Shown here one piece after another: positions 25,601 through 39,859 of a stretch of DNA of 64,000 bases. Origin of the DNA: Mobula birostris (Eukaryota); the NCBI RefSeq assembly GCF_030028105.1, contig NC_092370.1, positions 114,478,443 to 114,542,442 of the forward strand, in the 5' to 3' direction. The notes beneath the pieces were generated by a model. It saw only the letters and a program-made list of their open reading frames with translations. It had not been told where the DNA came from and did no database searches. The first letter of the stretch is position 1. The number at the start of each line of letters is the position of its first letter. The translations under genes were made by a program, and so were the position numbers.

Positions 25601-26309
25601 TCGCCATGTTACTGAACAGTACAGTGTGCGGAATGCATGCGGTTAGGAGGAGTGCTCTCTATCATGTGCCTGATGGAACGCTGCTCCACCCTCTCAGCTG
25701 ATTTCCGACGTCAGCGCCATTGATATCAATGACCCCCCCCCCTACAATGTCCACAGAGCTGCCAAAAGTCTCCCTATTGGAATGTGGACTCGCCCCCACG
25801 CCCCCAGTCAACTTTCCATCCACTTCGAAAATCTCGTTCATTTATATCACGATATCTTGCAGCCCAGAAGACAAAATTCCAATAAAAACGGAAGTGGGAG
25901 TCATTTACAACTTCAGGCAGGGAGAAGCGGTTCTTTGGATTCTCAATGTATTTCTGGACCCTGTGCCTTTGAAGGTTGATAGTTACTTGTCTGAAATTTC
26001 GACCTGAAACAATAAATTTCCTTCCCTCCCATTGGCCATTAGAAGTGTGGACGAGTAGGGCTGAAGGACTTGTATCAGTGCAGTATGACGAATGTACCAA
26101 TCGGAGACCTGAGGGCCATGATGCTCTGATATAGAGGAGGTGCTGAGGCTAGGGGCATATGAGCATTGATCATACTGAATGCTGGGGCAAGACTGCTGGC
26201 CTGGAGACCTCATCCTTCTGGAGAAGCGAATATAAGTGCCTGTGCATTTAAACCTCCTGCCATTGAATATCTTCCAAACCAGTGATTTTTTCCCTTTACT
26301 TTTCCTAAA

Positions 26310-29300
26310 CTATCGTCCTGGCAACATCCTGGTAATTTTTCTCTGCATTGATTCAACTTCATCGCATCTTTCCTGTCAGTAGGTGATCAAAATTGCACAC
26401 AATACTCCAAATTTGGCTTCACCAACATCTTATACAACTTCAAAATAACATCCCACCTCCTGCACTAATACTTTGATTAATGAAGGGCAATGTACCAAAA
26501 GTAGTACCTGTGACGCCACTTTCAATGAATTATGGACCTGTATTCCTAGATCCCTTTCTCTAGAACACTCCTCAGTGCCTATCTGCTCACTCTATAAGAA
26601 CTGCCTTGGTTGGTCCTACTGAAGAGCAACACGTCACACATGCCTGCATTAAGCTCCATTTTTCAGCCCATCTTTCAGCTGATTCAGATCCCTCTACCAG
26701 CTCTAATAGCCTTTTTTGCTGTTCATGACACTCCTAATCTTGGTATTATCTTCAAATTTGCTGATCCTGTTAGTAACATTATCATCCAGATTGTTGCTAT
26801 AGATGACAATCACAGACCCAGCATCGATCCCTGTGGCTCACTACTAGTCAAAGAGCTACAGTCAGAGAGGTAACCATTTACTACTATTCTCTGGCTTCTT
26901 CTACAAAGCCAATGTCTTAACCAATTTACTATCTCATCTTGAATGCCTAATAACTGAACCTTCATGACTAACCTCCCACATGGGACCTTGTCAAATATCT
27001 TTCTAAAGTCCATGTAGACAACATCCACTTCCTTGCTTTTATCAACTTTGCTGGAAACCTCCTCGAACAATTCGACAAGTTTGGTTAGGCAGGACCTACC
27101 ACACAAAATGCCACATTGACTATGCCTAACCAGTCCATTCTATCCAAATACTGATATATCCAGTCCCTTAGAATACTTTCTAATAAATTTCCCATTACTA
27201 ATGTCAGGCTCACCAGTCTATATTTCCTGGTTGACACTTAGAGCCTTTCTTAAACAGCAGGCAACATTAGCTGTCTCCAACCTTCCGCTATGTCACCTGT
27301 CGCTAAGGAAGATCTAAATATCTCTGCTAGGGCCCCTGCAATTTCTGCACTTGCTTCCCACAGGACTCAAAGGAACACCTTATCTGGTTCTGGGGATTTA
27401 TCCACCCTAATTTGCCTCAAGACAGCAAGCACCTCCATCTCTGTAATCTGTATAAGGTCCATGACCTCACCGCTGCTTTGCCTGACTTCAAAGAGTCTGT
27501 GTCCATCTCCTCCATAAATACAGATGCAAACAGAAAATCTGTTTAAGATCACCTCCATCTCTTTTGGCTCCACTCATAGATTACTATTCTGCTCTTCGAG
27601 AGGACGAATTTTGTCCCTGGCAATCCTTTTGCTCTTAACGTATCTGTAGACTCCAAAAGGATTCTCCTTCAGCTTGTCTGCTAAGGCAATCTCACACCTT
27701 CTTTTAGCTTTCCTGTTTATTTCTTAAGTATTCTCTTGCATTTCTTATACTCCATAGTACCTCATCTGTTCCTACCTACAATGCACCTCCTTTATTTCTT
27801 AACCAGGGCCTTCATATCTCTTGAAAGACAAGGTTCCCTACATTTGTTATGTTTACTTTTTATACTGAAGGGCACGTACGAGCTTTGTAACCTTAGAATT
27901 TCACTTTTGAAGGCCATCGACTTAACTGGAAATCCTTTGCCAGAAAACAGCTTGCCCCAATCCATACTTGCCAGATCCTTTCTGATACCATCAAAATTAG
28001 CCTTTCTCCAATTCAGAATATCAACCCACGGTCTAGACCTATCTTTTTCCATATTTCCTTTGAAACTAATGATAATGTGATCACTAGGTCAAAAGTGTTC
28101 CCCAAGACAAACTTCTGTCACCTGTCCTGTGTCATTCCCAAAAAGAAGATCAAGCACTGCACAATCTCTCACTGGGACTTCTATGTACTGATTCAGAAAC
28201 TTTCCTGAACACATTTGGCAAATTCTATCCCATCCTGTCCTTTTACAGTATGGGAGTCCTAGTTCAATAATGGAAAGTTAAAGTCACCTCCAATTTATGT
28301 TTCTTGCAGCAGTCTGTGATCTCTCTACAGATTTGTTCTCTAAATCCTGCGGACTGTTGGGTGGTCTATAATATAGACCCATTAACGTGCTCATACCTTT
28401 CTTATTCCTCAGTCCTACCCATAAAGCCTCACCTGATAAGTTCTCCCATCTGTCCTGACTAAGCACGGCTGTGTGATTTCTGTTTCTAGTAATGCAATCC
28501 CTCCTGCTCTGTTGCATCTAAAGCAACAGGAACTGGAATATTGAGCTGCCAGTCCAGCCTCTCCTCCACCCAAGTCTCACTAATGGCAACAATATAATTC
28601 CATGCATTGATCCATGCCCTGAGCGCATCAGCCTTTCCTACAATATTTCTTGCATTGTAATATATGCAGCTCAGAACAATAATTGCACCATGCCCAGCCT
28701 TTTGATTCCCGAAATTGTCTGCGGTCTCAACAATATCTGTCTCCACAAGCTCTCCACTATCTGTTCTGGTACTCTGGTTCCCATTCCCCTGCAACCCTAG
28801 ATTGAACACACACACCACTCCACCCCACTCCCCCAACTGTACAGCACTAGCAACCTTCCTACGGGTATACTAGTCCCTTCAGTACAAATCCCACATTCCC
28901 TGGAAGAGAGCTCAATTAGCCAAAATCTGACGCCCAGCCAACTACACCAAGTCATTAACCATGTGTTAAACTGTGTTATCCTTCTATTCCTGGCCTCACT
29001 AAAATGTGGCATGGGTAGCAATCCTGAGATTACAACCCTCAAGGTCCTGTCCTTTAATTTAGCACCTATCACCCTGAAATACCTTTCCAGAACCTCTTCA
29101 CTATTCCTGCCGATGTCATTGGTACCGATATGGACCACGGCCTCTAGCTACTCTCTACTTAAGAATGCAGAGGACTCAATTTGAGATGTCCCAGACCTTG
29201 ACGCCCAGGATGAAGCATAGCACACGTGAATATTGTTCTCATCCACAGAACTTCCTTCCTGTTCCCTGAAAAAACAAATCCCCCATCATCACAGTTCATG

Positions 29301-29560
29301 TAGGTCCAGCTCCAGCTCCTTAATATAGAGTGTTCTATCGTGCAGCTGGATGCACTTCTCACCGGTGAAGTCATCAGAGACACTGGAGGTCTTCCTGCCT
29401 TCCCACATCCTGCAAGAGGAGCATTCAGCTATCCCGCATGGCATCACTACTGTTCTAACTGAGTAAATATAAAGAAGGAAACAATAGATAATCTGAAAAT
29501 AAAAGCTGCCTACAGCTTTTTCACCTTCTCTCACTCAAGCCTCACCTTGCTGAAGCCTCA
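26310..29560 (-). mobile_element. Older degenerate CR1 LINE (ORF1, APE and RT remnants with many stops and frameshifts)
   Basis: Fragments include SSCRMWEGRK, VHIGTNDIG, YYNARN, SETW, LYYRPPNS, GRSCLTKL, YMDFRK and PQGSMLG. Confidence 0.85.
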
Positions 29561-30319
29561 AAGAGCTAAAGCCTCAAGTAACACTGTCCACTCCAACAAA
29601 GACCACTCCAGTAATAGCTGCTCTGCTTGCTTTTGTCTTACTTTTAATTTGTTCTTGCCAATCAATCTTGATTGCTGATTTGCCGCTGTTCAAAAACCAA
29701 ACTGCCATGTACTCAATTGGCGAACCCGAGTGAGCTTTGTCTTCTCATGCTGATTGGTTTCTGTTCAAAGTTGTGAGAATAATTCAGCTGATTAGATTAT
29801 ATTAGTGCAGAGAGACAGGGCTAACTTTTTAGTTCAATGGACTTACATCAGCTTTTCTATTACTTTATTTAAAAAATCAATTAATTAAATTAAATTAAAT
29901 ATTAATTAAATCTAATTTGCATTTTACAAGTCCGTGCTGTCTCTTCTGAGTTATCCTCTCCGAGTGCCTGTTGATTTACTTCATTAACTTCATTTCAAAA
30001 TTTTACTGATGTTGCTATCAGACTGATTGGTCAACGGTTTCAAGGAAAGTGCACCCACTTTTCTCCTAAACAAGGGTGACACATTCCTCTGGCCCCCTTA
30101 CCCTGGGATATTGGAAGATGATCTCTCTGTATTGTCTGACCCAACTTTCCTCAGCAATTCTGGATGCAAGCCATCTGGACCAGGTGTCTTATCCACTTCC
30201 AGCATGTTCTGCCTTTCCAGCATGTCCTTCCAATAAATATTCCCCTGCCCATTGCTCCTGCCATCCTGACTTAAACCAGTGAGTGTCAGCATCTTTTCTC
30301 TTAGTAAGCACCTCTATGA

Positions 30320-30700
30320 AATGACAAACAGAAGAAATTCTGTGAATGCTGGAAATCCAAAGCTACACACACAAAATGCCGGAGGTACTCAGCAAGCCAG
30401 GCAACATCTGTGCAAATGAATAAACAGTCAATGTTTTGAGTCAACACCCTTCTTCAGGACTGCAAAGGAAGGGGGAAGATGCCACAATTTAAAGGTGGAG
30501 GTGGGGGGAAGGCGGGGGTGCTGGAAGGAGGATTGCTAGAAGGTGATATGTGAAAGCAGGTGGGTGCGAAAGATAAAGGCTGGAGACGAGGGAATCTAAG
30601 AGGAGGGAAGGACAGAGGGAATGAGAAGGGGCACCGGGGTAGGTGGTAGGCAGGTAAGTAGAAGAAAATAAGTAAAGGGGAGACAAAGTGGTGACATGAT
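30320..30700 (-). mobile_element. Penelope-like element terminal region with hammerhead-type motif (30425-30462)
   Basis: Minus strand cagtc-CTGAAGA-agggtgttgactc-AAAAC-ATT-gactg followed by the gctgagt..ctcc.gcattttgtgtg terminal motif. Confidence 0.7.
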
Positions 30701-33614
30701 GACATTCTGAAGTAAAGGCTCTTTACATGGAAAACCTCAATATCCCTTCACTTATCACCTTTGAGCTATCCTTCTTCCCCTGTGTTGAATGAATAACTGG
30801 TTTGACCCAAGTGTTGGTCTCAACTCCCCTTCTGTGCCAATTCCCAATAATTCACAATTTCTTGATCTTTGAAATATGTATCTATCTATAACTTAATTAC
30901 AGCTGTTATTGATGCTGAGAATCAAAACTCAAGGGTAAAATCAGAAGCCTGGAGTCAAGGCCCGTTAGCTGGAGTCCTGGGACTGTAAATCTCTGGGAGT
31001 TCACTTGGGTTGTCAAAAGCCCAATGTCTATGCCTCTGAATCTGATTCTGAGTCTTCTGGAGACTGGAGGCTGAAGAATATGGAGAGTCTTGGAATTTGA
31101 AGAATGTATATACATGGTGGGAGGGATATACTTGGTTTCTGCTTGTTGTGTTCTCTTTTACTGTGTTCTGCTGAGCATTGTGGGTATGCTATGTTGGCAA
31201 CAGCTTGTGTGGTAACACTTACGGGCTGCCCTCAGTAGTGAAACTGTCTCAATATCTGTCCCACTTTATATGCCTCAATAAGTTCACTCCTCATTTTTCC
31301 AAACTCTAAAAAATACACACCCAAAATACCTGGCTTTCGAAAAGACAATCCTCTCATCCCATGAATTAGCCTGTTGAAACCCCTCTGGATCTCCTTCAAT
31401 GCTACAATATCCTTTTGCAGGTAAGGGGGGAAAAAACATGCACAGTATTCCAGGTACAGCCCTGGACAACTGCAACAAGACCTCCTTCTAAATTGTAATT
31501 TGCTTCCTTGACTGTCTGGTAACATTCTGCAATACAACTATTTCGTAACATTTTGCAGTACATGCACATGAACATCTCAGTCCCTGTGTACTTCACTCAT
31601 TCACAGTATCTTTCTATTTAGACAATGATCTATCTTTTGATTGCTCTTAATGAAGCTCGTGTTCTCACGCACCCTACATTCCATTTGCCAGATTTTTGCC
31701 CCCTCACTCAATGCATCTGACCAAAATAGAAAGAGTTCAAACCCTCCACAGACAAGCACATTTGCTAATTGTTCCTTCCACAAGCTTACTTCTGGATAGC
31801 ACTATGGGGCTAAGCAACAAAGACTTAACATCATCTTAAAGGTTTCTTCCCCCAGGCTGTCAATTGATCAACCATTGTACTCAACCCATTACTGCACTGC
31901 ACTGTAGACACTTTAAATCACTTTTTATAATGCTGCTTACATCGTAGATGCATGTTGGTATGTACACTATATATTTGTGCAGTTTATCCATATCCCTCCT
32001 TTAACCTCTAACTTCACTTTTTATAATTATTAAATGTTGTTGTTTTTTGTTGCATGTTGTACCCCGACCAACACACCACAGTAAATCCCTAATACATGTC
32101 AATGTATATGGTGAATAAAGTTCATCCTTGGTCCTCGATTGTTCTCTATTTCTGCATGCCTTGTCTCTGCTTCTGAGAATACCCGTGTATTGGCAAGTCA
32201 GCATCCTTCCTAAAACATTGTTGCTTCAAGTCAGACTGACACAAATCACATTCTGAAGTTTCTTTTACCAAAATGTTATAAAAACCCACAGCAAGTGAAT
32301 TAAAAACTAACATAAGTGTTTTTTTACACTTCTTCCTAGGATTCTCCCAAACTCAATCCCTATTTTTTCATGCTAGATTAAAGAGAAAATTACTCAGGAA
32401 CTGAGTACTTCACAACAACTGTGTGATAATTTTAATACTGTTAAATCAATTAGCATTCACATTCAGATTCATTTATTTATCACATGTACAACACGACATA
32501 CAGTGAAACCTGTCGTTTGCATTAACCATCAACAAAGCTTAAGGATGTGCTGGGGGCAGCTCACGAGTGTTACCTCACATTCTTGAGAGCTTTGATTTTT
32601 TTTTGTTTGCGAAAAAGAATCATATTACATTGGGCTCTTATGTCCATGTGAAATCTTGGGTTGAACATCAACTGTTTCCCTCCAAATGTGCTTCCTGATG
32701 GATTGAGTATTTTCAGCATTTCCGGCTTTTATTTTAGATTTTCAGAATCTGCATTTTTAAAAATCACTTGATTTGTTTTGAGAAGTCACTTATTTCACAG
32801 TGTGACAGAAGTTCATTTATTTTCCAGGCCAAATTCGATGTTAGTGGTCCCAGGCCTGGACGTAGATCTTTGATTTAAGTTGCAACCGGAGCAGCCAGAT
32901 GATGCTAAACAGTGATTGGTGTTTTTCATATTACAGCCAGTTGAACGGAGCCCAGTGGGTAACATGCGCGCTATCAGCCACTTAACTGAAACAGCATCAG
33001 CCTGTAGCAATTACTTACTGCAGGAACTGCCACCAGATAATGTGAGGCAGGAGAAGGAAGGGGGGTGCCAAAAACTGCACTGGTAGAGGAAGGGAGTGGA
33101 GTCAAGGAATGCTGGGGTCACGGGACTTTATGCAAGGGAATCATAGAGGAAATCTAAAGACATGAAGTCAGTGAAAGATGTAAGTGATGGAAATGCACTG
33201 AGTTAGTGGTGTTGAGTCAGAGTTAAGAGTGAAGTTCTGGACTGAATTGATATAGAAGTGAATTAGCAGAAAAACTGAATTTAAAATTGATGGGGCCGTG
33301 GAAAGCTTCCAGACAGCTGAAGGTGAGTAGCTGACAACCTGAGAACCCCATGGTACTCACTTTTAGCCATTAAATGCTCATGGTCTGTGCTGAATAAGGT
33401 TTATACTTATTAAAACAAACTTCCGAATGAAGTAAAAATTACAAATAATGACTGGTATAGGACATTTCTAGAAAAAAAAATTGAAACAATGACTTTGGAG
33501 TGCCATCTACTTGCTAAATGGAACATAGCAAACTGTTGGTAACATCCATGATGAAGGTGGCAGAGTTTGTCATCGAAACATCAGTTAAAATTGATACCTG
33601 TTCCTGGCTGGAAG

Positions 33615-35165
33615 CCCGATAAGAGTTTATTTCAGAATCAGAAGCAGGTTTATTATCACTGGCATGTGACGTAAAATTTGTTAACTTAGCAGCAATAGTT
33701 CAATGCAATACATAATATAGGAGAGAGAAAAAAATAATAAAATAAAAATAATAATAAATAAATTGAAGTGTACATTGAATAGATTTTTTTAAAGGTGCAA
33801 AAAACAGAAATACTGTTTTTTTTTTAAAGTGAGGTAGTGTCCAATAGTTCAATGTCCATTTAGGAATTGGATGGCAGAGGGGAAGAAGCTGTTCTGAATT
33901 GCTGAGTGTGTGCCTTCAGGCTTCTGTACCTCCTGCCTGACGGTAACAGTGAGAAAAGGACATGCCCTGGGTGCTGGAGGTCCTTAATGATGGGTGCTGC
34001 CTTTCTGAGACACCGTTCCCTGAAGATGTCCCGGGAACTTTGTAGATTAGTACCCAAGATGGAGCTGACTAGATTTACAACACTCTGCAGCTTCTTTCGG
34101 TCCTATGCAGTAGCCCCTCCATACCAGACAGTGATACAGCCTGTCAGAATGCTCTCCCGGGTGTATTTATAAATGTTTTTGAGTGTATTTGTTGACATAC
34201 CAAATCTCTTCAAACTCCTAATGAAGTATAGCCGCCGTCTTGCCTTCTTTATAACTACATCGATATGTTGGGACCAGGTTAGATCCTCAGAGATCTTGAC
34301 ACCAAGGAACTTGAAACTGCTCACTCTCTCCACTTCTGATCCCTCAATGAGGATTGACAGGTATTCCCTCGACTTACCCTTCCTGAAATCCACAATCAGC
34401 TCTTTTGTCTTACTGACATTGTGTGGCAGGTTGTTGCTGCGACACCACTCCACTAGTTGGCATATCTCACTCCTGTATGCCCTCTTGTCACCACCTGAGA
34501 TTCTACCAACAATGGTTCTATCATCAGCAAATTTATAGATGGTATTTGAGCTATGCCTACCCACACAGTCATGTGTATACAGAGAGTAGAGCAGTGGGCT
34601 AAGCACACACCCCTGAGGTGCGCCAGTGTGGATCGTCAGCAAGGAGGGTATGTTATGACCAATCTGCACAGATTGTGGTCTTCCGGTTAAGAAGTCGAGG
34701 ATCCAACTTCAGATGGAGATACAGAGGCCCAGGTTCTGCAACTTTTCAATCAGAATGGTGGGAATGACGGTATTAAATGCTGAGCTATAATCAATGAACA
34801 GCATCCTGACATAGGTGTTTGTGTTGTCCAGGTGGTCTAAAGCTGTGTAGAGAGCTATTGAGATTCAATCTGCTGTTGACCTATTGTGGTGATAGGCAAA
34901 TTGCAATGGGTCCAGGTCCTTGCCGAGGCAGGAGTTCAGTCTAGTCATGACCAACATCTCAAAGCATTTCATCACTTTCGATGTAACTGCTACTGGGCAA
35001 TAGTCTTTAAGGCATCTCAGATTATTCTTCTTAGGCACTGGTATAATTGTTGCTTTTTTGAAGCAAGTGGGATTTTCCAACTGTAGCAGTGAGAGGTTGA
35101 AAATGTCCTTGAATATTCCAGCTAGTTGGTTGGCACAGGTTTTCAGAGCCTTACCAGGTACTCCA
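33615..35165 (-). mobile_element. Rex1/Babar LINE RT fragment
   Basis: [39 protein letters not shown] and DPLQFAY motifs. Confidence 0.9.
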
Positions 35166-35169
35166 TCCC

Positions 35170-35810
35170 TGGAATATTTCCCTGAGATGGTTCCATTAGG
35201 CAAACACAGCATGGATACAGAAAGGTAGATCCTGCTGGAAAACTTACTGGAGTTCTTTGTGAATATAATGAGCACAGGAGATAGAGGGGAATAGGCGGTT
35301 GTTGTATACTAGGATTCCAGAAAGTGTTTGATAAGGTGCCACATAAAAGACATCCACAGATAAAGATGCATGGAGTTGGGGGTCACGTATTAGCATAGGT
35401 AGAGGACAGCAACTGTTCGATGTAGTGGTAAGGCCACATTTGGAGTACCATGTACAGTTCTCATTTCACCACTTGAGAAAATATACTCTACCTTTGTAGG
35501 CAATACAGAGACGAGTAGTCAGGTTGATTCCGAAGATGAAGGGGTTAGCCTATGAGAAGAGATAGAGTCACCTGGAACTACTGTGGTGAATCTGTGGAAT
35601 TCTCTGTCTAGGGAGGCAGTAAAGGCTACCTCATTAAATATAGTTAATACATAGGTAGGGTTTAGATTAGAAGGGAAATTGGGGGTTATAGAGAAAAGGC
35701 AGGTAAGTGGAGCTGAGTCCATGGCCAGATCAACCATGATTTTATAGAATGGTGCAGCAGGATTGATGGGTAGGAGGGACTACTCCTACTGCCATTTCTT
35801 ATGTTCTAAC
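35170..35810 (+). mobile_element. Degenerate CR1 RT/3' fragment
   Basis: LLEFF and DKVPH-like remnants, with a ttcttatgttct tail near 35800. Confidence 0.65.
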
Positions 35811-36289
35811 GATCTTATTTACTAGGATCACTGTTCGTGACTTCTCTTTTATTTTACTTCTCCTTCATTGAATGTCAATAAGATGCACAGCCTTAAAATG
35901 GTCAGTATTGGTGGAGAGACAGCAGTGTTGGATTCTCAGGGTTTTGATCCAAGGCTCTTTTAGAAGTCAGGAATGAGGCATAAAACATGTGGCTCCATGA
36001 TTGTTGCAATAAGCTCCAGGAGAATAAAGGAATTGGAAAGGGAGAGTAGCAAAAGTCTAATAACCATGAAGAAAGAGAAGGGAAAGAAGATGTTGAGCCA
36101 ATGTGATTCCAAAACAATACAAACAACTGTAACCACTAGGGCACACACTGCACAGTTATATAATTATAGGTAATTACTGTATATAAAACACTAGCAGGCA
36201 TAAGACAGTTAAACTGCAAAGAAAAAACAATTACACAGGCTAATCCAACACTGGGAACTGGGAAGCTCAGTTTTAAGTCAAAAACAATA

Positions 36290-36770
36290 TGCTGCTCAGG
36301 AAAGATACACAGAAGCAACACACACAAAATGCTGGAGGAACTCAGCAGGTCAGGCAGCATCTCTGGAAATGAAAAAAACAGTGGAAGTCTTAGGCAAAGA
36401 AGTGGGGTTTCCCTTTCTCCACCACCGATGCTGCCCTCACCTGCATCTCCTCCATTTCCCTAACAGCCGTGCTCACCTCGTCTTCCCTTTGCCTAAACAA
36501 TGGAAGAGTTCTTTTTGTTCTTACCTACCAACTCATGAGCCTCCACATCCAACACACCATTCTCCATAACTTCCACTATCTCCAAAAGGATCCAACACTG
36601 AACATATCTTTATCTCTTCTCCACCCCCACCCCCAGCACTCTCTACTTCCCACAGTGATTGCCCCCTCCATGGTTCCCTTGACTATTCGTCCCTCTCCAC
36701 TAATCTCCCTCCCTGCAGGTGGCCAAAGTGCTCACCTGCCATTCACCTCCTCCCTCACCTCCATTCAGTC
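36290..36770. mobile_element. Penelope-like fragments (terminal piece on minus, coding remnant on plus)
   Basis: acacaaaatgctggaggaactcagcagg motif, followed by LVLTYQLMSLHIQHTILHNF..LQKDPT, which resembles the RT-endonuclease linker of these elements. Confidence 0.55.
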
Positions 36771-37641
36771 CATATGACCACAATATACAGGAGAAAATTA
36801 GGCCATTTGGCCCATCAATTATGCTCTGACATTTCAACATGGCTGATCCATTTTCCTTTCAGCCCCAATCTCCTGCCTTCTCCCCGCAACCCTTCATGCC
36901 CTGACTAATCAAGAATATATCAACCTCTGCCCAATGACTTGGACTCCACAGCCACATGTGGCGATGAATTCCACAGATTCATCACTCACTGGCTAAATAA
37001 ATTCCTCCTCATCTCCATTCTAAATGAACTGCCCTTCATCCACATCCACTCTATTGATGCTTTCAGCATTTGATAGGTTTCAATAAGATCCTTCCTCATT
37101 TTTCTGAATTCCAGGGAACACACGCCCAGAGCCAACAATCAGTCCTTGTATGGTAACCTTTTCATTCCCAGAATAATCTTTGTGAACCTCCTGTGAACCC
37201 CCTTTGATGTCAGCACATCTTTTCTTAGATAAGGGGCCCAAAACTGCTCACGATTTTCCTAGTGAAGCCTTACCAGTGCCTTATAAAGCCTTAACTATAG
37301 ATCCTTGTTTTTATATTCTAGTCCCCTTGAATGGATGCTAACATTGCATTTGCTTTCCTCATCACTGTCTCAACCTGCAAATTAACATTTAGGGAATCCT
37401 GCATGAAGACTCCTAAGTCCCTTTGTACCTCAGATTTTTGAATTTTCTCTTCATTTAGGAAATAGTCCACGCTTTTATTTCTTCTACCAAAGTGCATGAC
37501 TGTACATTTCAGACACAGTATTCCATCTGGCATTTCTTCTCCATTCTTCTAATCTGTCTAAGTCCTTCTGCAGCCTTCCTGCTTCCTCAATACTGCCTAT
37601 CCCTCTATCTATCTTTGTATCATCCACAAACTTGGTCACCA

Positions 37642-38720
37642 TGTCATGGTCTGGTCCGTGAACTCCAGATCCTGGTTCACTGTCCGGTCCATGTTCCTTA
37701 TTCCAGGTTTTCTGGTTTTCTCTTTTTCTGTTCGGTGCTCTAATTGAGGCAGCTGATTCACATTTTGGGCTGGCTACAGAAATAGCTCCTTGGTGCAGCT
37801 TCAGTTGCTGGATTGTTCCTGTCCAAACCCCTTCTCTGCCCCTTCCTCCTGAAGCCTCGCCTCTAACCCTTGCCTGCAATCTTTGCTTGCACTGCTGTCA
37901 AGTTCAACTGCCAGAGCAAGATAAGAAACTGTCTATTGTTGTTTTGAACTGTTTCTGTGTCCATGCCTTTGCTGGGTAGGTCTGGCTGTTTGCTGCTAAC
38001 TTGTGTTGGGAACTGTCTCTGTGTCCATGCCTTTGCTAAGTAGGTCTGGCTGTTTGCTGCTATGTTGAGTGGAGAATTGCCTCAATGTTCTCTGTATGGG
38101 TCCTGGCCCTACATTCTGCTCCCTAGGAGGGGTCCTGACTCTGTGTAGAGCCCTGGCCCCAAGTCCTGTCCCCAAGGAGGTGTCCTGGCTCTGTGTTCCA
38201 TGTCTCTACATTCCTGTCTCCCTCAATTAAGTCCAAGGCTCTGTGTTCCCATGCTCTAGACCAAGGCTCCGATCATCCCGTCCTCGTCCAAGCCTCTGAG
38301 TGTCCAGTCCTCATCAAAAGGCTCCGAGGTTCCTGTCTCCCAAGACCACGTCATGTCTTTGCCTAGTTCCGGAGTCCAAGCCCGAGTCAAGACCCAAGGT
38401 CTGGGTCCTTGGCCAGTCTCTGGCTCAAAGACCGAACCCAAGCCTCGAAGTACCCAAGCCTCGGCCTAGTTCTGGGGTCCGAGCACAAGTCAAGACCCAG
38501 TTTCTGGGTCTTTGTCCCATCTCTGCCTCAGAGTACAAGCCCAGGCTCCTAGTTCCCAGTTCCTTGTCCTGGTCCCGCTGTCCTAGCCCAAGTCTATGTT
38601 CTTGTCCCAGCTGCTAGTCTGCATCCTGTCACGTCCCTAACTCTAGTCCTGTCCTCTTCCTAGTACTGCAGTGTCTGTGTCTTGCATTTGGGTTCTCTCC
38701 CAGCGCTCCCCGTTATGACA
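37642..38720 (+). mobile_element. Solo LTR (1079 bp) with internal degenerate tandem repeats
   Basis: TGTCA...TGACA termini with a 5-bp TSD CACCA (37637-37641 and 38721-38725). Confidence 0.85.
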
Positions 38721-39615
38721 CACCATGCCATCAATTCTGTCATTAAAATAGAACATAAAAAGTAGTCCCAACACAGGCCTTGTGGAACACCACTTATCAC
38801 TGGCAGCCAACCAAGAAAGATTCCATTTATTCCCACTGTTTGTCTCCTGCAAATCAGCCAGTACTCTCTCGATGCTAGTATCTTTTCAATAGTATCACTG
38901 GGTTTTAACTTCTTAAGCAGCCTGATGTGCAGTACTTTGACAAAGGCCTTCTGAAGATCCAAGTACACTGTATCCATCGATTCTCCTTTGACTATCCTGC
39001 TTGTTATTTCTTCAAAGAATTCCAACAGCTTTATCAGGCAAGACTTTCCCTTAACGAAACCACCCTCACTTCAGCCTACTTTATCATGTACCCCGAAAGC
39101 ACATGCTTAACAATTGACTCCAATAACTTCCCAACCACTGAGGTTAAACTAACTGGCCTATTATTTCCTTTCTTCTGCTTCTCTCCCTTTTGAAGAGTGG
39201 GGTGACTTTTACAATTATACAGTTCTCCAGAACCATGTCAGAATCTATTGATTCTTGAAAGGTCAATATTATTGACTCCACAATGACTTTAGCCACCTCT
39301 TTCAGAACCCTGGGCTGTAGACCATCCAGTCCAGATGATGTGTTTACCTTGACCTTTCAGCTTCCTTTGCACCTTCTCCCTGATAATAGTGACTTCACTC
39401 ACTTCTGCCCCGGGACACTCTTGAACTTGCAGCATACAGTCTGGCTTCCACACAGATAACCAGTGAAAAATACTAATTCAATTCATCCAACATTTCCTTG
39501 TACTGCGTTACTACTGTACCTGTTTAGCGTAATTTTCCAGCAGGTCAACATCTACTCCCAGTTCCCATTTACTCTTCATATATCTTTTGGCATCCTCTTT
39601 AATATTATTGGTTAA

Positions 39616-39859
39616 AGGAAAGGTACGTCGTATCCGGAGTTTCTCCGGTTAGCGGCCGATTTCCCTCCACGCCTCTCTGACGTAGTGCGGTACTGCGTAC
39701 GAGGCAAGTTACAACTGAGGTTTGCCATTGCCTTCTGCCGGGTGAGTTTCCAAGGAGATCACCAGCTCGTAACCCAGCACGCATGGAAAGCGTGCAGGGG
39801 AGCCGGCTGGGGCTGGATTCGAACTCGGGACCTGATGCCACTACGCCACCAGCTGGGTC
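39616..39859 (-). mobile_element. tRNA-derived SINE with shortened head and 13-bp TSD
   Basis: Box A TGGCGTAGTGG and box B GAGTTCGAATC. TSD TATTATTGGTTAA at 39603-39615 and 39860-39872. Confidence 0.9.

Noticed and set aside
25774-26100. ORF with QVTINL/NRFS resembling a V domain
   Set aside because: No Cys/Trp framework or RSS; the DNA resembles a decayed Rex1 3' region.
32796-32802. Isolated CACAGTG heptamer
   Set aside because: No nonamer and no adjacent V- or J-like coding sequence.
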